Of a DNA stretch of 50,659 nt, positions 28,200 through 35,368 are shown piece after piece. Each line of letters begins with the position of its first letter. Position 1 is the stretch's first letter. Source of the stretch: an uncultured Nitrosopumilales archaeon (GTDB taxonomy: Archaea; Thermoproteota; Nitrososphaeria; Nitrososphaerales; CAZIZY01); the NCBI GenBank assembly GCA_964544235.1, contig CAZIZY010000045.1, positions 1-50,659 on the forward strand, given 5' to 3'. The notes under the pieces are model-generated. The model ran no database searches, was not told where the DNA came from, and was given only the letters and a program-made list of their open reading frames with translations. The position numbers and the translations under genes are program-made.

Positions 28200-28236
28200 T
28201 GCTGGTGATCGCCGGTTCAAATCCGGCCGGCCCCAT

Positions 28237-28389
28237 TTAATCATCTGCAATATTGTCGCTTCTTCCTGTTTTTTGACCAATCAAACTATTTGTTTCAACA
28301 AATCCACATTTTGGACAAGCTAATTCTATATCTATTGAGAGATTAATGTAATACTCTTCATTACAGCTTGAACACTTATGCTTTCCCAA
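28237..28389 (-). CDS. Possible small zinc-ribbon protein (50 aa, below the ORF-track cutoff)
   Basis: The reverse strand reads (TTG)GKHKCSSCNEEYYINLSIDIELACPKCGFVETNSLIGQKTGRSDNIADD-stop, with two CxxC pairs 17 residues apart. It fills the otherwise empty gap between the tRNA and folD. No ATG; the TTG start is assumed. Confidence 0.35.
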   Translation of the reverse strand: MGKHKCSSCNEEYYINLSIDIELACPKCGFVETNSLIGQKTGRSDNIADD

Positions 28390-28426
28390 AATTATCTTCT
28401 CTAAATCATTTTAACATAGTTATTTA

Positions 28427-29269
28427 TTAATAAAATTGATTCTTAGTAGCTTCTACAACTTGTTTCATTAATGCAGATATTAATATTGGTCCAATTCCTC
28501 CAGGAACTGGAGTTAAAAATCTCGCTTTATCTTTTACTGATTCTTTATCTACATTACCTATTAATTTCCCATTAATTTCATTATAACCGCAATCAATGAT
28601 CAAACATCCTTCTTTTATCATATTTGATTTCAAAAAATTGGGTTTTTCTATATCTATCAATATTATATCTGCTAAAGATGTTAATTCATTAATTCTAGAT
28701 GATTTTTCTGATAATGTTGTTACATTAGCACCCTCTTTTATCATTAAAGCTGCAAACGGTTTACATAATATGTTACTTGTTCCTAATATTATACAGTTAG
28801 AATTCTTAATTTTTATGCCATATTCTTCTATCACAGTTTTCGCAGCTATAGCGCCTGCAGAAACATAGGCTTTTTCTCCCAATAATATTCTCCCTACACT
28901 TTCCGGATTTAATCCATCAACATCCTTCTTTAGTGATATTGAAGAGCTTAATTCAATTTCATTTATTTGCGATGGAAGTGGTGTTTGAAATAATATCCCA
29001 TTTATATTTTTATCATCATTCATCTTTCCAATTTTTCCAATAAATTCTTCAGTACTAATTTTATTATCAATTTCTTTAATAATTCCTTTAATTCCTACTC
29101 TTTCACAAGCTTCTTTTTTACGTTTTACATAGAATTCTGATTTTTTATCACCTTTAATTACAATTAAACTTAAAGTAGGAACTATCCCTATTTTTTTTAG
29201 CTTGCAAGATTCTTCATATACTTCTTTCTCTAATTTAGTGGCTATTTCTTTACCATTTATTATTTCCAT
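28427..29269 (-). CDS. folD: Bifunctional methylenetetrahydrofolate dehydrogenase / methenyl-THF cyclohydrolase
   Basis: 280 aa. FolD pattern (P.L..I..G....S..YV..K.K.......I, DVDG..P...G, TPVPGG.GP). Confidence 0.92.
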   Translation of the reverse strand: MEIINGKEIATKLEKEVYEESCKLKKIGIVPTLSLIVIKGDKKSEFYVKRKKEACERVGIKGIIKEIDNKISTEEFIGKIGKMNDDKNINGILFQTPLPSQINEIELSSSISLKKDVDGLNPESVGRILLGEKAYVSAGAIAAKTVIEEYGIKIKNSNCIILGTSNILCKPFAALMIKEGANVTTLSEKSSRINELTSLADIILIDIEKPNFLKSNMIKEGCLIIDCGYNEINGKLIGNVDKESVKDKARFLTPVPGGIGPILISALMKQVVEATKNQFY

Positions 29270-29358
29270 TTTTTTAACCTATATTATCAATAAATAATAT
29301 TAATTATCTTATGTATTAACTTTAGAAAACCTTAAGATAAATGTAAAATAAATATTAT

Positions 29359-30033
29359 ATGTTGAATATTGGAATTATAGGTGGAACTGGTTCTCTGGGA
29401 AAAGGTTTAGCACTGAGATGGTCAAAAAATAATAATGTTTTACTGGGATCACGAGACTTATCAAAAGCAAAACGTCTTGCTTCAGAATATCTTCAAATTT
29501 CTAAATCATTTTATGGTAATAACATGCTTGGCAATATAACTGGAACTGATAATAATGATTTAGTTTCTTCTTCTGAGATAATTGTATTTTCTGTTCCTTA
29601 TCAAAATTGTTTAGATACGGCTCAATTAATAAAACCACATATTAAAAAAGATACCATAATAATTTCACCTATTAATTATCTTGAATTTGGAGGAAATCTG
29701 TCTGATTATTCTCAATTGTATAATCAAAAAAGTTCTTTAGCTGAGTCAATTTCTAAGATTTTACCTGAATCAGATGTTGTTTCAACTTTTCACACAATTC
29801 CTGCCCATCAATTATCCGATCTTGAATATAATTTGAATTGTGATGTATTTGTTGCCTCTGATAATATGGATTCTTATTATAAAGTAGCAAAACTTATAGA
29901 AGAAATCCCTAAATTAATTCCTATTTATTCTGGTTTTCTATCTTCTTCTTTAATGTTAGAATCATTAACTCAGTTTCTTCTTAATATTGGTAAAATAAAT
30001 AAGATTAAATCTCCTTCGTTAAAAATTGTTTAA
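29359..30033 (+). CDS. npdG: NADPH-dependent F420 reductase (Fno/NpdG family)
   Basis: 224 aa. N-terminal Rossmann IGIIGGTGSLGKGLALRW...V.LGSRD..KA, typical of F420:NADP oxidoreductases. Confidence 0.75.
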   Translation: MLNIGIIGGTGSLGKGLALRWSKNNNVLLGSRDLSKAKRLASEYLQISKSFYGNNMLGNITGTDNNDLVSSSEIIVFSVPYQNCLDTAQLIKPHIKKDTIIISPINYLEFGGNLSDYSQLYNQKSSLAESISKILPESDVVSTFHTIPAHQLSDLEYNLNCDVFVASDNMDSYYKVAKLIEEIPKLIPIYSGFLSSSLMLESLTQFLLNIGKINKIKSPSLKIV

Positions 30034-30077
30034 TTACATCTGTGCTAGATTTATTATTAATAGAGAAAATTAGTATT

Positions 30078-30920
30078 ATGAGTTCATTAAGACCATTAAA
30101 TATTGTTTTCCTGAAGATAGGATTCCTTGGTTCTAGTTTGCTTCCTGAAATATTATTAGATGAGCGCTCAACTCGAGAAGATATCAATATTTATTCATTT
30201 TCAACTGGATGTAATATGAATGTTGACAATGTCGAAAAAATAGTTAAAATTTCTCGCTCATTTGATCCTCATCTTATAATTTTTATATCGCCTGCAATGG
30301 AAAAAGAACAAATAAAAAAATCTATTAAATTATTAACCACTAAAGTACCTGTAATTGCTATAACTGATTCATCTTCTCGTAACTTTTTGCTAAAATCTAA
30401 TTTTAAAAATTTTGGGTACATATTATTTGAAGCTGATTCATTAATTGGAGCTAGAATGGAATTCTTGGATCCAATTGAAACAGCAATATTCAATAGTGAT
30501 TTGCTTAAGGTTTTGTCTATTACTGGAGCTCTAAGATTGTTTCAAGAAGTTATTGATTCAAGTATAAACTCATTAAAAACAGGAAATAGTCCAGATCTCC
30601 CTAAAATTATTGTTGATGAGAATAAAGCTACTAGTTATTCTCAAATATCTAATCCGTATGCATTATCTAAAGCATTAGCTAGTTATAATCTGGCTTCAAC
30701 TGTTTCTAAATTATCTTCACAAGGAATTTATAAAACTAAAGATCGCGATAAATACATCCCTATAGTTTCTGCAGCTCATGAAGTTATGAGAATTGCAGCA
30801 ATATTAGCTGATGAGGTACGTGAAATTGAAAAAACTGGTGATAACGTCATTCGAAAACCACATATTAAAGATGGTTCTACGTTAAATAAAAAAAAACTAT
30901 TTGATAAAGCATCTAAATAA
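30078..30920 (+). CDS. mtd: F420-dependent methylene-tetrahydromethanopterin dehydrogenase (Mtd) homologue
   Basis: From memory of methanogen Mtd, several blocks match closely: LDERSTREDI, GARMEFLDPIETAIFNSDLLKVL, NPYALSKALA, YIPIVSAAHEVMRIAAILADEVREIEK and RKPH..DG. I take the ATG at 30078; the track's GTG at 30042 adds 12 non-conserved residues. Confidence 0.85.
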   Translation: MSSLRPLNIVFLKIGFLGSSLLPEILLDERSTREDINIYSFSTGCNMNVDNVEKIVKISRSFDPHLIIFISPAMEKEQIKKSIKLLTTKVPVIAITDSSSRNFLLKSNFKNFGYILFEADSLIGARMEFLDPIETAIFNSDLLKVLSITGALRLFQEVIDSSINSLKTGNSPDLPKIIVDENKATSYSQISNPYALSKALASYNLASTVSKLSSQGIYKTKDRDKYIPIVSAAHEVMRIAAILADEVREIEKTGDNVIRKPHIKDGSTLNKKKLFDKASK

Positions 30921-31997
30921 TTAATTTATTCTTAAATTATCTACAAATACACCTTTATCTTTCACTGTTTTACCAATTATTTGACAATCCATTTTATTGT
31001 TTTTGATAATCTTGATTACTTGATTCTCGTTCTCTTCTGGACAGAATACACAAAAACCTACTCCCATGTTGAATGTTTTATACATTTCTTCTCTAGAAAT
31101 CTTACCTGCTTTTTGTATCAATTGAAATATTGGAAGAGGATCGGGCATATTATTTAATTCAAATCCTAAATCTTCTTTTAATCTTGTTAGTTTTGTAAAT
31201 CCTCCACCCGTTATATGAGCTAAACCTGAAATTGGTAAATCGTTTTCTAGCAGTTCTAATATTGGTTTCACATAAATTCGAGTAGGTTTTAAAAGTTCTT
31301 CCCCTAATTTGTTCTTTAGAGGATTTATCCGTCCTTCAAGTCCATATTTCGCTAAAACTGTTTTTCTAGCAAGGGTTAATCCATTTGAATGAATTCCTGA
31401 ACTTGCAATTCCAATAATTGAATGTCCTGGTTTAAGAGATGAACCTGTAATGATATTCTTTTTTTCCGTTATCCCGATTGCTGTTGCTGAAAGATCGAAT
31501 GCTTTATCTCCAATACCATTTATTAAATCTGAATGAATTGATGTTTCTCCTCCAATTATAGCAGTTTCTGATTCTTTTGCTCCCTTTGTTAGTCCTTCCA
31601 TTATATTATTCATTAATTTGCTATCGGCTTTCTTTAAAACTAAATAATCTAATAGCGCTATCGGTTTAGCTCCAATGCATATTAAATCGTTAACATTCAT
31701 TGCTACACAATCAATTCCAACTGTGTTAAATTTCTCCATCATTTGCGCTATCAATACCTTTGTTCCTACACCATCATTATGTAATGCCATGGCTTTACCT
31801 CCTCCAATATCTATAAGTGACGCATAATGTCCTATTCCGAGTAGAATAGAACCAATTCCCTTTCCTTTATTTTTTATTGTTTTATTGGACATTCTTAATA
31901 GAATTTCTTTACTTCTACTAATTTCGTTTACATCTACTCCTGCCTCACTATAATTCTTTGGTAATGTGTTGTTGATTTCACTTTTCAAGGAATTCAA
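30921..31997 (-). CDS. purM: Phosphoribosylformylglycinamidine cyclo-ligase (AIR synthetase)
   Basis: 358 aa. DGVGTK, AMNVNDL and GGET motifs; last gene of the pur operon. Confidence 0.95.
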   Translation of the reverse strand: MNSLKSEINNTLPKNYSEAGVDVNEISRSKEILLRMSNKTIKNKGKGIGSILLGIGHYASLIDIGGGKAMALHNDGVGTKVLIAQMMEKFNTVGIDCVAMNVNDLICIGAKPIALLDYLVLKKADSKLMNNIMEGLTKGAKESETAIIGGETSIHSDLINGIGDKAFDLSATAIGITEKKNIITGSSLKPGHSIIGIASSGIHSNGLTLARKTVLAKYGLEGRINPLKNKLGEELLKPTRIYVKPILELLENDLPISGLAHITGGGFTKLTRLKEDLGFELNNMPDPLPIFQLIQKAGKISREEMYKTFNMGVGFCVFCPEENENQVIKIIKNNKMDCQIIGKTVKDKGVFVDNLRIN

Positions 31998-32836
31998 CCA
32001 GTTAATAGTTCATAAGCTTCAATATATCTTCTATTAACTTTTGATATTATGTCCTCAGGAATGGCAGGTGGTTGTGGAATATCCTTCTTTTCTTTAATTG
32101 CATCGTCAATTCTTTTCTTGTATCCCTCTTCAATTAACCAATCTCTTACAATTTGTTTATCGAAACTTTCTTGAACTTGACCAACTTCATATTTATCTTT
32201 AGACCATAATCTGAATTCATCTGGACCTATAGAATCAACCAATATTATTTTGCCATTTTCATCTTTTCCGAATTCCATCTTTAAATCACATATAATTAAG
32301 CCTGATTCTAATGCTTTATTTTTCATCTTTAGGTATATTTCCATACTTAATTCTTCGAGGTGTTTTATTTCTTCTTCAGTTAGTATTTTTTCGCTTATTA
32401 TTTGCTCGACTGTAATTTGGGCATCTTTTGTATCGGATTTTGTTGTTGGATCAAAAATCGGAGTTGGAAGTTCAGCTCCAAGTAACGGTTCAATTTCAAC
32501 AGAAACTTCTCCTTTTTTAACTCGATCATAAAGACCTCCATAAAGATAGCCTCTCACAATGAATTCTATTGGAATTATTTCAAGTCTTTTTACAATCATC
32601 AAATTAGGTTTTATTACTTCTATCATGTGATTTGGCGTTTCCAAATAGTTAAACCAGAACGAAGCAAATTTACAGAGGATTTCTCCCTTGCCAGGAATAT
32701 CTGATGGTAAAACAACATCAAAAGCTGATACTCTATCTGAAAATTCAAATAAAATTTTTGATTCATCAATATTGTATATGTTTTTTACTTTTCCTTTCTT
32801 TAACGGGGTGAGTTTTGAAATATCTATTTTGTCCAA
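31994..32836 (-). CDS. purC: SAICAR synthetase
   Basis: 280 aa. GKVK.IY, SDR.SAFD, VRGY..G and DLK.EFG motifs. Confidence 0.95.
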   Translation of the reverse strand: MDKIDISKLTPLKKGKVKNIYNIDESKILFEFSDRVSAFDVVLPSDIPGKGEILCKFASFWFNYLETPNHMIEVIKPNLMIVKRLEIIPIEFIVRGYLYGGLYDRVKKGEVSVEIEPLLGAELPTPIFDPTTKSDTKDAQITVEQIISEKILTEEEIKHLEELSMEIYLKMKNKALESGLIICDLKMEFGKDENGKIILVDSIGPDEFRLWSKDKYEVGQVQESFDKQIVRDWLIEEGYKKRIDDAIKEKKDIPQPPAIPEDIISKVNRRYIEAYELLTG

Positions 32837-32838
32837 TT

Positions 32839-33258
32839 CTATCTTGCTCCTATATTTTTAGCTAGCGATTCATCTTTCAATGACAATATTCTTAGCGCTA
32901 AATGAGCTGAATTTTCTGCTCCATTAATTGCTACACAAGCTACGGGTACTCCTTTAGGCATTTGTACAATTGATAGTAATGAATCAAGTCCTCCTAGGGC
33001 TACATTTATTGGTACTCCTATTACTGGTTTTTTAGTTTTTGAAGCTATTACTCCTGGGAGATGAGCTGCTAATCCAGCTATAGCTATGAAGATATCTGCT
33101 TTAGATTCTTGTATGTACTTCTCTAATTCTGTTGGATTCCTATGAGCTGATATGTACGCATGATCATTTTTGATCCCTAATTTTGTTAAAGTATCTACTG
33201 CTTTTTTCACGTGAATTTCATCACTTTTCGAACCTGCAATAACGGCAACAAGCGACAT
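32839..33258 (-). CDS. purE: N5-carboxyaminoimidazole ribonucleotide mutase / AIR carboxylase catalytic subunit
   Basis: 139 aa. V.VI.GSKSD, SAHR.P, AG.AAHLPGV.A and PVIGVP motifs. Confidence 0.9.
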   Translation of the reverse strand: MSLVAVIAGSKSDEIHVKKAVDTLTKLGIKNDHAYISAHRNPTELEKYIQESKADIFIAIAGLAAHLPGVIASKTKKPVIGVPINVALGGLDSLLSIVQMPKGVPVACVAINGAENSAHLALRILSLKDESLAKNIGAR

Positions 33259-33279
33259 TATATTATTATCTTAAAATAC

Positions 33280-33915
33280 TTAATTATTATCTATTATTAT
33301 TACTTTCTTTCCTTTTATTCTTAATTTCTTTTTTGCAAACAGCATTATAGCTTTTGAATAAATTTTATGCTCTTCTATTAAGATCTTCTTTGATAAAGTC
33401 TCTATTGTATCTCCCTCTTTTATTTTTACAGATTCTTGTAATATTATTGGACCTGAATCTACGTCAGCTGTAACAAAATGAACAGTGCACCCAGATACTT
33501 TTACTCCGTATTCTATTGCTTGTTTTTGTGATTCTAAACCCGTAAATGATGGAAGAATTGAAGGATGAATGTTAATTATTCTATTCTTAAATTGTTCTAT
33601 GAACCATGGAGATAATATTTTCATAAACCCAGCTAAAACTACTAAACCATTTTCTTTTGTAACTCCTTTGTTAACCAGAGATTTGTAAAGAATTTCATCA
33701 TATTTTGAATTATTATTCTTTTTTTGCTCAATTATTAGCGTATCAATATTATGTTCTTTTGCTTTTTCTATTGCCGCTGTGTTTAATTTATTGCTGATAA
33801 CAACACTTATTTCAACTTCTCCTAATTCATTGTTTTTATATGATTCAATTATAGCTTCTAAATTAGTTCCTCTTCCCGAAACTAATATACCTATTTTTAA
33901 AGTCATATCATTCAC
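33280..33915 (-). CDS. purN: Phosphoribosylglycinamide formyltransferase
   Basis: 211 aa. GILVSGRGTNL, NIHPSILPSF and SGCTVHFV..D.D.GPII motifs. Confidence 0.9.
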   Translation of the reverse strand: MNDMTLKIGILVSGRGTNLEAIIESYKNNELGEVEISVVISNKLNTAAIEKAKEHNIDTLIIEQKKNNNSKYDEILYKSLVNKGVTKENGLVVLAGFMKILSPWFIEQFKNRIINIHPSILPSFTGLESQKQAIEYGVKVSGCTVHFVTADVDSGPIILQESVKIKEGDTIETLSKKILIEEHKIYSKAIMLFAKKKLRIKGKKVIIIDNN

Positions 33916-33934
33916 AATTTATTTTTATAATTTT

Positions 33935-35368
33935 TCATTTTTTCATTCGATCAGTATATTGAGGATCAATATCTAAACAACTGTAATCTCCTGTTACACA
34001 TGAAGTACATAATTCATTTTTCGCCATTTTTAGTCCTTTGGATAATCCTTCTAATGTATTATATCCTACAAATTCAATTCCAAGTTCTTGAGAAAGTTTT
34101 TCGTTTATCTCTTCTATTTTTGAATTATTATCTGTCACATTGTTTACTATTAATTCTTCACTTGTTGGAAAATCTATTCCAGCATAACATGGATACCTAA
34201 GAGGAGGAAAAGTTACTAAAAGTTTAATTTTTTTAGCTCCAGCTTTCTTTAATGTCTCAATCATTCTTTTTGAACTAGTTCCTCTTACTATACTGTCATC
34301 TATTAATATGATTTCTTTATTCCTAACTGTTTGTTCTATTGCTATTATTCTACGATTAATTTCTACTCGTTCCTTTTGTTCGGGCTCAATAAAACTTCTT
34401 AATCCTCCTCTTTTTCCATATCTATCTTTCATTAAACCTTCTTCTATTGGTATTCTTGATGCCTCCGAAAATCCTAAAGCTGCCGGTCTTGCAGAATCGG
34501 GAACAGGTATTACTACATCTCCTTTTACTTTATAGAGTTCTGCTAAAATCTTTCCAACATTCTTACGTGCTTGATAAACATTAACATTTTCAATAGTTGA
34601 ACTTGGATGAGCAAAATAGGTATACTCAAATGAGCAATGAGCATGATTATTTGTTTCTTTAAAAATATGTGATCGAATATTTTTTCCATCTATTTTAATT
34701 ATTTCTCCTGGCTTAACATCTCTAACAAGTTCTGCATCTAGCATTGATAATGCGCAACTTTCTGAAGCAATTACGTGTGTTTGATTCTTTTTATTCCATC
34801 CTATACATAATGGCCTGAATCCATTTTCGTCTCTAACTGCAAATAATTCTTTATTCTTAGTTAATATCACAAAACAATAAGCACCACTTATTTCTTTACT
34901 AAGCTTTGAAAAAGATTCAAACCATTTTCCATTATTTTCTCGAAGAATTTGCATTAACCTTAACCCTATAATTGTTGTATCACTTGCCCATTCTGGAATA
35001 TCAAACTCTTTAGAAATGATTTTTTCAATTTTACTTGTATCTGATATTGTTCCATTATGAGCTATCGAAAATTCTTCTCCAATTTGAATAGGTTGAACAT
35101 TCTCAAAAACAGTACTACCTACAGTTGAATATCTGGTATGTCCAATCGCCATCTCGCTTTTAGCAGATTCTGATAAAGATTGGGCAGCTTGAATTTCATC
35201 AGTTATTAATCCTAACCATCTAAAAGGTCTTGATCCAGGTAAAGCAATTCCCCATGCTTCTTGTCCTCTATGCTGAAGAGCTCTTAGTCCATCTATTACC
35301 ATTGGAATAACATTCGTTTCTGATGTTGTTTGGATTCCTATTATTCCACATTTTTCTCTAGCGCTAAT
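33935..35368 (-). CDS. purF: Amidophosphoribosyltransferase; start codon unresolved
   Basis: The track ORF starts at the internal Met 35302. The same frame continues upstream as CGIIGIQTTSETNVIP (TGT 35350-35348 = Ntn catalytic Cys). The PRTase motif ILIDDSIVRGTS is present. The only candidate in-frame start before the Cys is ATT 35368-35366; an in-frame TGA lies at 35374-35372. Confidence 0.88.
   Translation of the reverse strand: MSAREKCGIIGIQTTSETNVIPMVIDGLRALQHRGQEAWGIALPGSRPFRWLGLITDEIQAAQSLSESAKSEMAIGHTRYSTVGSTVFENVQPIQIGEEFSIAHNGTISDTSKIEKIISKEFDIPEWASDTTIIGLRLMQILRENNGKWFESFSKLSKEISGAYCFVILTKNKELFAVRDENGFRPLCIGWNKKNQTHVIASESCALSMLDAELVRDVKPGEIIKIDGKNIRSHIFKETNNHAHCSFEYTYFAHPSSTIENVNVYQARKNVGKILAELYKVKGDVVIPVPDSARPAALGFSEASRIPIEEGLMKDRYGKRGGLRSFIEPEQKERVEINRRIIAIEQTVRNKEIILIDDSIVRGTSSKRMIETLKKAGAKKIKLLVTFPPLRYPCYAGIDFPTSEELIVNNVTDNNSKIEEINEKLSQELGIEFVGYNTLEGLSKGLKMAKNELCTSCVTGDYSCLDIDPQYTDRMKK

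Larger units (their letters stand above)
28127..28235 (+). tRNA. tRNA-Pro(GGG) gene with two introns; no encoded CCA
   Basis: Acceptor GGGGCCG/CGGCCCC plus discriminator A. D arm GTCT-AGTTTGGTTCA-GGAT; T arm GCCGG-TTCAAAT-CCGGC. Removing 28160-28176 and 28184-28199 leaves a 76-nt tRNA with a perfect anticodon stem CCAGC/GCTGG and loop TTGGGGT (anticodon GGG, G37). Both introns can be drawn as bulge-helix-bulge motifs. Confidence 0.85.

Noticed and set aside
28237-28389. Identifying the 50-aa Zn-ribbon ORF as RpoP, Nop10 or Spt4.
   Set aside because: It lacks the post-ribbon signatures: RpoP basic tail, Nop10 HP.RFSP.D, and Spt4 spacing with its C-terminal NGN-binding segment. The spacing between CxxC pairs (17 aa) does not fit either.
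28127-28426. The tRNA gene as an integration hotspot flanked by a mobile element.
   Set aside because: No integrase, no repeat of the tRNA 3' end nearby, and the flanking genes (kinase, folD) are housekeeping with normal composition.
30042-30077. GTG-initiated 12-codon N-terminal extension of the Mtd homologue given by the ORF track.
   Set aside because: The extension (MLDLLLIEKISI) has no counterpart in Mtd as I recall it. The ATG at 30078 precedes the conserved LNIVFLKIG...LDER start at the expected distance.
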